Source: a virus
Lineage: Duplodnaviria > Caudoviricetes
Virus record (IMG/VR): IMGVR_UViG_3300008116_000655
Span: 1-31,954 of that record
Length of the DNA: 31,954 nucleotides
Reading direction: 5' to 3' (one strand)
The notes below the pieces were generated by a model. The model made no database searches. It worked only from the letters and a program-made list of their open reading frames with translations, and was not told the DNA's origin. Positions 19,901-29,041 of this stretch are shown here, one piece after another (the first letter of the stretch is position 1; every line of letters begins with the position of its first letter). The translations under genes and the position numbers were made by a program.

Positions 19901-22825
19901 GCGGAAGGCATCGAGGTCAGGCCATTTAACAAAGTTAGCCAACTGAGAGTCGAGTAGTGGGTCAAGTGGGGAAAGTTTGAGTTTCTGTCCATCGATGATG
20001 TGTTCAACGGTTGAGGCTGTATTTCCATCAACTTGTGCCAAAAACCTTCTGTTAGCATCTTGTTCCTTCTTGAATACTCGTGCTGCATCATCAAGAAGTT
20101 TCAACTGCTCTTCGGTTAGATTCGGTGCCTTCTCTTTGACCAATGACTTGATCGTGTCGATGAAGATATTGAATCTTTCGGTGGATGTAGTCGCAGACAT
20201 CATTGCCTTGACTGAATCCTTTTGTAGACTTGGAGAAGCCTTTAGGAACGGCAATGTGTCATTCATCTGACGAACAAGTTCATCAACATCATCGAGATGG
20301 ATCAAATTCTTAGTAGGTGCAAATCGACCTAGAGGACTGTCCTTAACCTTGGCAAAACCTTTAGCGGTTACATCAAGGAAGAACTTCTCAAACAATGCAT
20401 GGTGCAACTTGAGTGAGTTTGGAGAATAGATTCCAGACTTGAACTCTAATGCACGAGACTGAGAAGCAAGACCAAGACGAGTACCTGTTGAGATATCAAG
20501 ACCTGCTTCACGAGCAAGGATCTGTAGAACTTCCTTCTCAGATGTAGCAGCGGCAAGTCGCTTGGCTGTATCTACTGTGAGATCGCCATTGAATGCTCGC
20601 CAGACATCATAGAAGTCATCTGGGCCAAAGTGAACAGCAACCATCTTTGCAACATTCTGACCCAATGGGCCAAAGAATGCTTTGGCTGCTTGCTGATAAT
20701 TGAGAAGTGATTTCTCACCAACAGACATCAAACCAAACTCTGCTTCAAGAGCTAGTCGTTCTGCACCTTTAGTCTCTGTGATCTTTTCAAGTAGAGCCTT
20801 TTGCTCCTTGATTCGATCTTCAATCATCTTGAGGTTATCAAGATAAGACTTGTTAGCCTTGGTATATTCTTCGTTAAGTAAAACCTTAACCTTCTCGACT
20901 TCAGAAATCTGTGTGTCGAGGTTAGCAATCTGTTGCTGAACAGTAAGTCGAGGTGTCGCTGCTGCTTCAGTAAGTCCTTGAACCTGCTGGGTGATACCCA
21001 TGCGAGTTGTATCAGCCTGTAGACCAAAGTCACGAACATCTGGAGATGCAATAGCATCAGCCTGAAGACGAGCAAAGTCTGTCAACTTAGCATCGAATGG
21101 ATCAACTGTTCGTGGGAAGTAAGCGAATCCGCCACCACCCATACCACGAGTTGCACCAACATTACTAAAACCTTGGATACCTGATCTTTCATAAGCCAGA
21201 TATAACTGATCCGTAACACCTGCTCGTTGAGCTGCTGCTACTAGATCTCCGTGTGTTGCACCCGGTGTATCGATAACATCAAGAACATTTTGAAGTTTTG
21301 CTTCTTGGATACCTGCTGCTGTTCCAACATCAATTAGATTGGATCCAATTTCGTTACCAACTCGAGTAGCCTGTGGAGAATCTCCAGCCTTGATAAGACC
21401 AGACCACTTGATAAGTCGTGGCTTCTGCTTTGCAGCAACACGAACTACAACATCTGCACCATCACGGATACCTTGAGTTGCAGCTCTTGCACCCTTCTTG
21501 AGTGCTGCTTCTTCAACTGTGTGGATAAGTCCGGGAGCCAACTGCTCTTGACGAGCAAGAGTTTCAGCAGACTGAGTGACTACATCAAAACCTTTATCGA
21601 GAACGCTTTGAACTTCTGCTGCACGACCAGCATTATTGAGTTCAAGACGGAATGCAATTAACTCTTCAGCCTTACGCTTATCTCCAACGAGTGCTTCAGA
21701 TCGAGAAGTCTCAGACTTGAGAGCAGAGAAAAGATCGTTACGCTTTCCAGCGAGGTCACCATAGGTAGCATCGAGTAGATCTGAATCCCACTTTGCTTGG
21801 TATACAAGATCTCGATTACGAGATAACTCTGGAAGCAATGCTTGGTAATCATCTTGAAGTTTGATCAAGTCACCTTCGAGCATACGAAGATCACCAGATG
21901 CAGCCTTCTTACCTGCACGAACCTTTGCAAGTTCTGGCAATATCTCTTCTGCTTCACGAGCCACAGCCTTGATTGGAGCCTTCTTGGCTTCGGCTGCACG
22001 AGCTGCTGCCTTAGGGCCAATACGAAGTGTTACACCAAACTTACCTGCTTCTTTACCGATCTTGAGTAAACCAACACCGGGAACATAAGTCAATGGGTCA
22101 GCAGCAAGGTTAAGTACGAATCCAGATACTGCTTGGAAAGTTCTAGCAGCCTTAGTTTCTGGATCGTCAAAGAGTGCTTGAGTAAGTCCTGTGGAATAAG
22201 TCCAAGGAACTCCACCCTTCATCTTTGGGCCAGCAGCAATCTTTGCTGCAAGGAGTGCCTTACCTACTTCAGAGGTTACATCTGTTCCAAGAAAACCAGT
22301 ACCGACATCAACACGACCAGTTCTAAAGAATTGATTAAGTGCTTGACCAGTTTGTGTCTCGTCAAAAGTATTTGAAAATGGTCTACCTGCTACAGCATTA
22401 CGAACGCTTGCTTCGAGCATTTCGAATGGTGTAGACAAAAGCATGAATGCTGTACGAGTTAGTGGTGCAAGAAAGTCGGCAGGTGATCCCTTAGGTGTCT
22501 TGTTCTGCTCACGCAACTTAGCAGCAGCAGCCTTGGCTGCTTCACGCTGTTGATCGATGAGTGCTTCACCATCCATGGTTGCAGCAGCAGTAGCTGTGTT
22601 TCCATAAGGAATTGCACCAGATTTAGCAAGACCTATAACTACACCCGGCGAAGCATTTGGATATGCCTTTGCCATTCCAGCAACTTGCTGTGCAAATTGT
22701 GGGTTGAGGTAGCGGCTCTCTTGCTGCCTTCTGTAAACATCATATTCAGGAGTTCCGGGTAGTGGAATGTTTCCAACTACACTCGGCAGACTTCCTGTAC
22801 CTTTAACTCCGCCGACTCCTGCCAT
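16940..22825 (-). CDS. Very large internal virion / ejection protein, 1961 aa
   Basis: Long Ala-rich helical ORF containing ADPLTYVPG; position and size resemble podoviral ejection proteins. Confidence 0.65.
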   Translation of the reverse strand: MAGVGGVKGTGSLPSVVGNIPLPGTPEYDVYRRQQESRYLNPQFAQQVAGMAKAYPNASPGVVIGLAKSGAIPYGNTATAAATMDGEALIDQQREAAKAAAAKLREQNKTPKGSPADFLAPLTRTAFMLLSTPFEMLEASVRNAVAGRPFSNTFDETQTGQALNQFFRTGRVDVGTGFLGTDVTSEVGKALLAAKIAAGPKMKGGVPWTYSTGLTQALFDDPETKAARTFQAVSGFVLNLAADPLTYVPGVGLLKIGKEAGKFGVTLRIGPKAAARAAEAKKAPIKAVAREAEEILPELAKVRAGKKAASGDLRMLEGDLIKLQDDYQALLPELSRNRDLVYQAKWDSDLLDATYGDLAGKRNDLFSALKSETSRSEALVGDKRKAEELIAFRLELNNAGRAAEVQSVLDKGFDVVTQSAETLARQEQLAPGLIHTVEEAALKKGARAATQGIRDGADVVVRVAAKQKPRLIKWSGLIKAGDSPQATRVGNEIGSNLIDVGTAAGIQEAKLQNVLDVIDTPGATHGDLVAAAQRAGVTDQLYLAYERSGIQGFSNVGATRGMGGGGFAYFPRTVDPFDAKLTDFARLQADAIASPDVRDFGLQADTTRMGITQQVQGLTEAAATPRLTVQQQIANLDTQISEVEKVKVLLNEEYTKANKSYLDNLKMIEDRIKEQKALLEKITETKGAERLALEAEFGLMSVGEKSLLNYQQAAKAFFGPLGQNVAKMVAVHFGPDDFYDVWRAFNGDLTVDTAKRLAAATSEKEVLQILAREAGLDISTGTRLGLASQSRALEFKSGIYSPNSLKLHHALFEKFFLDVTAKGFAKVKDSPLGRFAPTKNLIHLDDVDELVRQMNDTLPFLKASPSLQKDSVKAMMSATTSTERFNIFIDTIKSLVKEKAPNLTEEQLKLLDDAARVFKKEQDANRRFLAQVDGNTASTVEHIIDGQKLKLSPLDPLLDSQLANFVKWPDLDAFRQISGKTRFLSRNASAQQFRAVSTDLFDSFFKQTVLVYRVSYVLRNIGDMQVRAYLGGSSTLFNHPLQFIGMMLGNPAGTRSKKFLSQFSRFDKNVFGTRFDELAKEVDTASFKGSLLSDADQFAAMMTRGMGMGVGQGTMSLSQALRTGMRFIDSTEKGFNRAWAGAILQYRESSLARLAAGGLEGGLTQPGGVFKPWFSEAPEFIIKKQAQGFDLSRDYSRIIIDFMFETKQGRLLREQIAKVDETNRALLLSPDEAVAKKAMAAYFDTVNKGIDNLAAGRQELRDFISGKQIRDIKGDVQKFDPKGTTAKDVWLGRILKDYRQTTDVSSAIGQLKLPADDIRAVASLRGQWDKGANLFFRLSAQLEKRAALGPEFQQQYWNGVADNFNLLSKAEAEDILKVAERELRDIKVFGIKSGTTNPALVRMREAVKTLDDRGLTKTDIDAIGQRYAADQVRKLYYDATRQKQYAAQFRLVAPFIQAWANTIGVWSKLITKDVANTFRLQGKARTYKAANAFEFLTHPETGVIYEWTNSNWSDPSQGFIYKDPTYGDPRFVMPLAGNILGAMLGTVTGEKVPGMPVSLSIPSLNLAFSNELLPGVGPAIQLSLGRYIKDQNGWIADQLRDIIYPFGAPEGKVGLIETFTPAWASRILYGLGMDSYEAKNVSTLRPLMAYLASTGEYGDFPLDGQSQARLLEDAGRVNRVLALWRGITQNLSPGAISPQILAKDKEGEFHVQALMFNDFIQMRANNPDSYELAVAKWAEKYGYNALFSLVSGTRGGITPTDEAWQFYTSNRDDANQFPNAFALFFPGGQYSQEFAKWQEQRGQRFRLSPAEMQMEAARYVYTARKAKLQQDMTTAIQQGAEPKMANQVYLTMKSALDDEFGGQPDFRAAGVPRETLVKEVTAALDNPKFAETESGKGLAKFLLYRQAALESVAQAGFKTLTGKSVANVAEWLNQSAYQVIAEHPEFSVMYWRVFATETGNS

Positions 22826-23205
22826 TAAGCACGACCCTCTGCCTTAATTCGCTGGGCAAGTCGAGTGAGATCTGGATCTGGATACAGTTCTGCCAGCGAC
22901 ATGATCAGTTGAGCAGTTGGGTCTTGTGCCAAAGGTGGAGTTGGTAAAACTTCAGGGCCACGACCCGGGCCAAACGATGCACCATCAGTAATAGGAACAT
23001 CTTTGTCTGGATTAGGTGTTGTAAGACTTAGTGTTGGTCTCTGAACTGGAACAGCGTTAGCAACTGCACCCATTTGTTCAGCAGAAACTTCAGAGGCTGC
23101 AAGGTTTACACCCGGTGCAGTTTGCAATGACATGAGTTCTGAACCCTCACCATATGCTCCACCCGGGATGTACTGAGCTGCTTGTCTTCCTGTGTACTCA
23201 GCCAT
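22825..23205 (-). CDS. Hypothetical virion protein (likely start MAEYTG at 23205)
   Basis: RBS GGAGG upstream of the ATG at 23205; PITDGASFGPGRGPE motif. Confidence 0.65.
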   Translation of the reverse strand: MAEYTGRQAAQYIPGGAYGEGSELMSLQTAPGVNLAASEVSAEQMGAVANAVPVQRPTLSLTTPNPDKDVPITDGASFGPGRGPEVLPTPPLAQDPTAQLIMSLAELYPDPDLTRLAQRIKAEGRA

Positions 23206-23443
23206 CTTTCTTAGCCTCCATTTTTTCAATATCTTTGGACAACTTCTCCCACATATAACGCTTCTTTGCTTCGTTCACGGAATGTGAATGTACGATTCTT
23301 GAGAGAAGAGAGAAAAATTCTGTAAATGAAACGCTGATGTTGTACATCAATGCAACAAAAGCGTATAAAAAATCTATTTTCTTAGCAGGTCGGGCTAAGA
23401 TAAACATATCGTCTATGTCATCAAACTCTTGATCGTGATCCAT
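23198..23443 (-). CDS. Hypothetical protein with a hydrophobic helix
   Basis: 81 aa, RBS AAAGG, fills the operon gap. Confidence 0.55.
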   Translation of the reverse strand: MDHDQEFDDIDDMFILARPAKKIDFLYAFVALMYNISVSFTEFFSLLSRIVHSHSVNEAKKRYMWEKLSKDIEKMEAKKDG

Positions 23444-23465
23444 AGCCCGACCTTTCTAAGCGTTA

Positions 23466-23612
23466 TTAACTAACTTTCTTTCCACCAGCTTTTGCTGGCT
23501 TGCCTGTTTCACCAAGCTTCTGCATTGCAGACTTTCCCTTTGCAGACGAAGCACCCTGAATAGGGCCCTTGACTGGTGCTGGGGCTACTTTGCCTTTCTT
23601 GACTCCGAACAT
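23466..23612 (-). CDS. Small Lys/Gly-rich protein (48 aa, not in the ORF track)
   Basis: MFGVKKGKVAPAPVKGPIQGASSAKGKSAMQKLGETGKPAKAGGKKVS with a strong AAGGAGG RBS. Confidence 0.7.
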   Translation of the reverse strand: MFGVKKGKVAPAPVKGPIQGASSAKGKSAMQKLGETGKPAKAGGKKVS

Positions 23613-23629
23613 ATTTCCTCCTTGTTCGT

Positions 23630-25402
23630 TTAAGCGGCCCCAGTTAGGGCTGCTAATAGTTGTGACATTTGCGGAGATCCGCCTTGTGCTAGATCTGTCC
23701 GTCTTGAGAACTGACCGGGGCCAGCCACCATTTGGGAGCCAGCGGCCGGGGCCGCTCCCGGAACCATACCCATCATTTCAGGGGGTAATGGTTGCGAAGC
23801 ACCGGGGGCCATCGCAGTCGCCGCTGGCTGTTCCTGCGGAGCAAATGCTTTAGAAACAATCTGCTCCAAACTTTCACCCTTTTGACGACCTTGGATAATG
23901 TCAGCGATTCGTTTAACCGCTTCTGTTGGGTCGCCACCTTGTGTTGCAAGCATTGGAATAGCCGTTGCATATTGCGATACGGCGTTGCGTAGAGAGTCAC
24001 GAAGATCTTCGATATCAACCTTTTGTTCTTCTTGTGTGACATTGATAGAGAATGGAAGATTACGGCGTAGGAAATCACGGCTGATGAGTTTGTCACCACG
24101 AAGTTGTAATCCGAAGATAGCTGCACGATTAGGATCAAGTCCAGCCATGAGACCATACTGAACATCTACGGTGTAATCACCCTTGATGTCACGAGATGGT
24201 GTGTAGTTTAGTTCGAAAGGTGTACCGTCATCGGTTCCACGAATAACTTTTCGATCATTAGGGAAGACTTTCTCGTCTACCTCAAATGCAATACCGATAA
24301 GATTGATCAGGAATCTAGCGAATACTGCTTGTGCAGCCTTGACCTGTGAATCAAAACCACCCATAAGAGCCTGTACACCACGACCAGTAACGATAGATGC
24401 ATCGATCTGACCTGTACGACCTTCTGGATAACGAGATCCCATGCGAAGTTCTCGTTCAAGATTAGATGATTCTGCGAATACTCCACTAGGAAGTTCGATT
24501 GGAACTCGGCGGATTCTTTCTGGAGTGTTAGAACGAAGCAATGCATCAGGGCCAAGAGCAAATTCTTGGACATCTGGTGGGATAGCAATCGGTGCTTCTA
24601 CTGATTTCTTCGCTGCTTCTAGTTGTAGAAGAGCAAAACGAGCCTTAGCCATCTGTACTGGAAGCACATCATCGAATTGACCACGAGCTTGACCGTCAAC
24701 AGTTGGGCGTTCTGCAATGTCAACGAGTACTCGACCGATGACATTTGGGGTATTTGAGAGAACCAGATTGTCAAGATCTGGGATAAAGATCATGTCTTGG
24801 TACTTATCGTGGTAACGAATCATCGCTACATTGGCGTTCTGACCACGATACTTCTGCTTAATCTTGTTTGTATGCTCTGGATACTGGTAGATAATTGACT
24901 CAACATCCATGATGATGGTTTGAGAAACGCAAGTTACATTGCCAAATCGATCCTTGTCATAGTAAAGACCGAATGGATCGAGCAAACGAATGCGTGGAGT
25001 ATCGGTTTCAAAGTCAATATCAACGATACCTGCACAGAATCCATAGGTGTAATACCAGTCTGCACCCTTATAGAACTGTAGTTGTAGGTCTGATTTGTTA
25101 GCGTAATGGTTTGCAATGCGTGTACGGATCTCCGATTTACGCCTTGCAGCATCGCTAGTCATGTTAGATGAAGAGCAGTTGATTGCAGGGAGTGGGGCTG
25201 TGACTTCCGCTAGGTCACGAGCTGCGATATCCACCATGTTTGCGATAAGTGGTTTTGGATATTCATCAGAGAATTGACCAAAGAAAACATCCTGCATCTT
25301 TCCTTGGCGTACAGCAAGTACATCGGACATACGGCGATCACGATCCATGTTACGGTGCTTTAGCCGTTGTACCTTTGCTGCTACTTCCTGTGGAGTAAGC
25401 AT
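23630..25402 (-). CDS. Portal protein
   Basis: 590 aa directly after the terminase; ANMVDIAARDLAE, RGQFDDV, TGRGVQAL; low-complexity Q/P/A C-terminus. Confidence 0.85.
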   Translation of the reverse strand: MLTPQEVAAKVQRLKHRNMDRDRRMSDVLAVRQGKMQDVFFGQFSDEYPKPLIANMVDIAARDLAEVTAPLPAINCSSSNMTSDAARRKSEIRTRIANHYANKSDLQLQFYKGADWYYTYGFCAGIVDIDFETDTPRIRLLDPFGLYYDKDRFGNVTCVSQTIIMDVESIIYQYPEHTNKIKQKYRGQNANVAMIRYHDKYQDMIFIPDLDNLVLSNTPNVIGRVLVDIAERPTVDGQARGQFDDVLPVQMAKARFALLQLEAAKKSVEAPIAIPPDVQEFALGPDALLRSNTPERIRRVPIELPSGVFAESSNLERELRMGSRYPEGRTGQIDASIVTGRGVQALMGGFDSQVKAAQAVFARFLINLIGIAFEVDEKVFPNDRKVIRGTDDGTPFELNYTPSRDIKGDYTVDVQYGLMAGLDPNRAAIFGLQLRGDKLISRDFLRRNLPFSINVTQEEQKVDIEDLRDSLRNAVSQYATAIPMLATQGGDPTEAVKRIADIIQGRQKGESLEQIVSKAFAPQEQPAATAMAPGASQPLPPEMMGMVPGAAPAAGSQMVAGPGQFSRRTDLAQGGSPQMSQLLAALTGAA

Positions 25403-25412
25403 TTAGTCTCCT

Positions 25413-27219
25413 TTAACCGATTCTTCTACTAGCAGCCCACTCGTCTAGGTTTACAACCATCTGACGATTCTGGTCTGATCGAGTTAAAAACTCATTTCTC
25501 ATAAACTTGCCACCGTAATCTCCGTACTGACAGATCTCTCTGGCACGAATCTCACAGAACCAAAGTGCCATAACCAAGTCGGTTTTGTTCTTTGTCTCTG
25601 GTGACCAAGTGACAAGTTGGTCGATTAGTAATCTAACGCCTTCGTTTCTATCCGATGGAAGGTGAATTAGATTATCTCTACGGTGCTTCCCTTGAGGATC
25701 TGCTGATCCAAAGAGAGGTGCCATAGCTGCCACACCGAAGCCGACATCCCACTTATTGCGAGATGTTGTATGTTCCCGGAGCATCACTCCACGGTTGGCT
25801 AACCACATCCGTAGATTCTCATCTTGTGTCAGGTAGCCCTGAAATTGTGATGAGATCACGGATCGCTTGTGGCGAAGGTCGAGTAATAGTTGCCGCATCA
25901 AGTACATAACGCTTTTTACGGCGGCGATCTATAGCCATTACTACGGCCGCTGTATCACCAACGATTGCTGGGTCAAGCCCTGCAACGATGGTAAATCCTT
26001 CTGTCTCCTCTGGGTGTCCGGGGTTTCCAGAAACCAAAGGCCCAATCATTCTCATACGATCTACGGAGCCTTTTACACAGGTGACATTAAATGTCGAATC
26101 TTCATCAACATCTGCTTGCTGATAAACCATCGACCATGTTTTCGGATCGAGGGCTGATCTACGCATTGAAAGGTGGTGTCCATCCCAGCGAGGATATAAA
26201 CCACTCTCATCTGGTTCTTCTTCGGAACCTTGCCATGGGCGGTCTGATTTTGGCCAGAGGGTTTTCCAGTCGTTCGGGCTTTCACCGAACTCAAGAACCG
26301 CCGGCATGGCTAGGTATGTCCACGGAGATTGACCTGTTGGGTAGCGTTCTCCGTTACGGAGTTCCCTATACAAGTCGATGGAATCCACTCGGGTTCCTAA
26401 AACTAAAAGCTTTCCGGTGGGCCCAAGACGAGTTAAAACTTCTTGCTGGATCCAACGAATCTGTTTCTCATACTCGTGAGCGTTACTCATAGTTACGCAG
26501 TCATCGAGAATAATCAGGTCTGCTCTCGCACCGTAGACCTGACCTCCAATACCAATGGCTTGAAGGGTAGGGTCTTTCTGATCGGAGTCACGGAGTTCAT
26601 CTCCGAGGTAAACCTGTGTTGCTTGCCATGTAGCAGATTTGGACTTGAAGCCAGAACCAGCAGCGTAGGCAAGTTGTAGCTTTTGCCAGCCGGGGTGGGT
26701 AAGTCTTTGCTTGATGGCGTAGATAAATTCTGTTGCCTTCTGTTGACTCTTCGAGACAATCATGATTCGGACATTGGGATCCATACAGATCCGGTAGACC
26801 GGGTAGTCAATCGAGGTAGTCATCGACTTGGCGTGTTCAGGCGGAACATTGACCAAGACATATTGGGGGCGACCCTTTTCATACTGCATGGAGCTGTGGA
26901 TCCACGCTGGGTCACGACCTTCCAGTAGATCGATGATGTTCATCTGGTGGTCGAAAGTTTCGGAGTCTAGGTACTCCTTGCGGAAATCACGAAAACCTTT
27001 GGTGAGAGATTCCTCAGATTGGGTACGGCCTTTAGTTACTCTGGCGGCACGAATCTTGTCGGCGTTCTCTTTGAACTCTTTATCGGTGGATCGGTAGTAC
27101 TCCCAGAGTTTGACCGATTTGCCGACAGCCCTCATGGCTTCTTCGACTGTATAGCCTTGGGTGATGTAGCCAAGCACCTTCGCTTTAGTCTTGGCGGCTT
27201 CTTCTTGCCGTTTATTCAT
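25413..27219 (-). CDS. terL: Terminase large subunit with N-terminal HTH-like extension, interrupted by a frameshift at ~25846
   Basis: VPPEHAKS (Walker A variant), GARADLIILDD (Walker B), YQQ, GLDPA nuclease motif; C-terminal DLVMALWF lies in another frame; RBS GAGGA before the ATG at 27219. Confidence 0.85.
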
Positions 27220-27255
27220 TGGATTCCTCGGTGTCTTTTCATTGGATCCACGGTC

Positions 27256-27299
27256 TGTGGATAAACCTGTGGATACAGAAAACGACAGACCTGTCCACA
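27256..27299. promoter_or_regulatory. DnaA-box cluster
   Basis: TGTGGATAA (reverse complement TTATCCACA) at 27256-27264, TGTGGATAC at 27268-27276 and CTGTCCACA at 27291-27299. Confidence 0.55.
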
Positions 27300-27449
27300 C
27301 TCAACTATGAGTGTGTTAGGGGGTCTTCGGTCGCTAGAAGCTCCCTACGCCCCCCTAGGGGCGTGTAGGTCGTCTAATTACCTTGGTCGGTAATTATCCT
27401 CCTACTATGTATAAGCCGGGATAAGGGGTGTTTATCCCACCCTAAGGGG

Positions 27450-27465
27450 TGTGATTTACCTCACA
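27450..27465. promoter_or_regulatory. CRP/GlxR-family consensus site
   Basis: TGTGA-TTTACC-TCACA, perfect TGTGA-N6-TCACA. Confidence 0.5.
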
Positions 27466-27675
27466 GTCTATCCAATGCAGTCAAATATGGCTTTGACCTG
27501 CGGTTTTACTGTCTCGGATCCTATCAAAAATTTTAGAGTGGGTACATATATACACAGGGTGGTGGCATATAAAGCACTCGGGTCATTTTGCCGGGGCGTG
27601 TCGAACCAGCTAGTTTACATAATGCATATTATCGGCGACCAGTTTGGGGGCATTTTGTGGAGACTTGCAGGGCAT

Positions 27676-27993
27676 GGCAGACCCTCAGGAACTAGGCACC
27701 TTTCAAAGTTCCCCAACTAACCAACCGCCTCAGTACTTGGCAGGGGGGGCAGGGGTCAGGGGCAGGGGGCAGAACTGGCAGGGCAGACCTTCAACCTTTG
27801 ACCCATTGGGCAGACCATCGCCACGGATCGCAAAGCATCCACGCCAAGGATCGAGAACCCTCCACGCTTGGCAGACCCCAAGGGGAAGCAGTTCCACGCT
27901 TGGAACCCCTCGAGCTGGACTTCGAGCTACAGGAAAACCCTTCCCGAAATGCTTCCAATCTGACCCCGAAAATGGGAGAATGGAACCCTCGAG
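27676..27993. repeat. Short direct-repeat array in the putative genome-end region
   Basis: GGCAGACC x4 (27676, 27782, 27809, 27870), TCCACGC x3, GAACCC(C)TC x3 and G-tracts at 27743-27769. Confidence 0.55.
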
Positions 27994-28026
27994 GGCATCC
28001 TCGAGACCTAGAGAAAAGGAATCAGA

Positions 28027-28338
28027 ATGAAACTCAAGAACCAAGACCAAGCATCCGAAGCAATCCAAAATCGAGAAGCGTTTCTTGCTTCTGCATTGTG
28101 GGCAATAGATGGAAGAAGCAACACCTACGGAATGCTCAACCCTGAAGAGATTGAACAATATGAAGCAGTTCGAGATTCGATTGACTTCGTGGTCATGTCT
28201 TACAAAACCCCAATCGCTTGGCACTCTTCTGCTGGTTGGTACATGGTCAAACAGAAGTTTTCTGTGACTACTTCACGCCATCAGGGAATCGTTAGAAGGG
28301 CATTGAATAGCAAAGGATTAGTCGAGGTTTCACGATGA
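28027..28338 (+). CDS. First early gene, hypothetical
   Basis: Strong RBS leader; VVMSYKTPIAW...KFSVTTSRHQ motif. Confidence 0.8.
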   Translation: MKLKNQDQASEAIQNREAFLASALWAIDGRSNTYGMLNPEEIEQYEAVRDSIDFVVMSYKTPIAWHSSAGWYMVKQKFSVTTSRHQGIVRRALNSKGLVEVSR

Positions 28339-28706
28339 AAACTTTCACCGCTTTCATTGTCTGCCAATCGTTAGACATTCAAGCCGAAACAATCGAAGAA
28401 GCAGAGGAAAGATATTCAGAGTTCTTCGATGGAGGGGAATCATGTGCAAAGCATGAAGAAGATTGTGACTGCTTCTCCTTCGATGATTCAAATGTCTTTC
28501 ATTACTTCGAAGAAGAAAACGAATCCGCTTCGTGGAAGTTGGTTCACCGATTGGCTTCTCAAATCTTCGAGAAGTTCGGAGAAACTGAATCATTTCTCTA
28601 TCTTGTCGAACAGATAGCAGAAGCAACCGAAGAAGATCCCATGAAAACCCTCTACGAGGTCAAGGCATACACCGACCGACAAACAAGGGAGGACATGGCG
28701 AGTTAG
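28335..28706 (+). CDS. Early hypothetical protein (acidic)
   Basis: ATGA overlap with the previous gene. Confidence 0.75.
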   Translation: MKTFTAFIVCQSLDIQAETIEEAEERYSEFFDGGESCAKHEEDCDCFSFDDSNVFHYFEEENESASWKLVHRLASQIFEKFGETESFLYLVEQIAEATEEDPMKTLYEVKAYTDRQTREDMAS

Positions 28707-28767
28707 TCGAAACCCCTTCGGGGGTCTTCGGTGGGGTGGTTCCCCCCGAACTGATGAGACAAACCAC
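28706..28767 (+). ncRNA. Type II hammerhead ribozyme 1
   Basis: GTC-GAAA-CCCC-TTCG-GGGG-TC^-TTCGG..CCGAA-CTGATGA-GAC; loop TGGTT pairs with the downstream AACCA; predicted cleavage after C28726. Confidence 0.92.
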
Positions 28768-28783
28768 TAGAGAAAGGGTCAGA

Positions 28784-29041
28784 ATGTACGAAGTAAAGAA
28801 AGTCCGACTCTTCGAGAACTCTCGAGGAATGATTGGACACACTCTCCACATCTACAGAGGAGAGAAGGAAATCGGGGAGTCCACCCATGACGGAGATTCC
28901 CTCTGCTACGACATCCGATTTATCTACTCCAGCGAGGAATGCGACTTCCTTGCAGAGTTCGGGGATGCACAAGATGGAGTTGACCAACTCCTCACCGCTT
29001 ACGAAGACCGACTCCTCCACGGATCGAAGAAGGGGGCGTGA
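28784..29041 (+). CDS. Early hypothetical protein (start MYEVKK at 28784)
   Basis: ATG follows the conserved leader; the upstream GTG start falls inside the ribozyme. Confidence 0.75.
   Translation: MYEVKKVRLFENSRGMIGHTLHIYRGEKEIGESTHDGDSLCYDIRFIYSSEECDFLAEFGDAQDGVDQLLTAYEDRLLHGSKKGA

Noticed and set aside
264-27219. Alternative genetic code explaining the split genes
   Set aside because: The breaks are frame changes, not in-frame stops, and all other genes read normally in code 11
27985-28010. Possible third hammerhead before the first early gene
   Set aside because: It has the shared leader and a hairpin but lacks the CTGATGA and GAAA core
27451-28224. ORFs 27451-27720, 27644-28030, 27730-28224 and 27798-28145
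   Set aside because: No RBS, atypical composition, and they overlap the repeat/regulatory region; probably spurious
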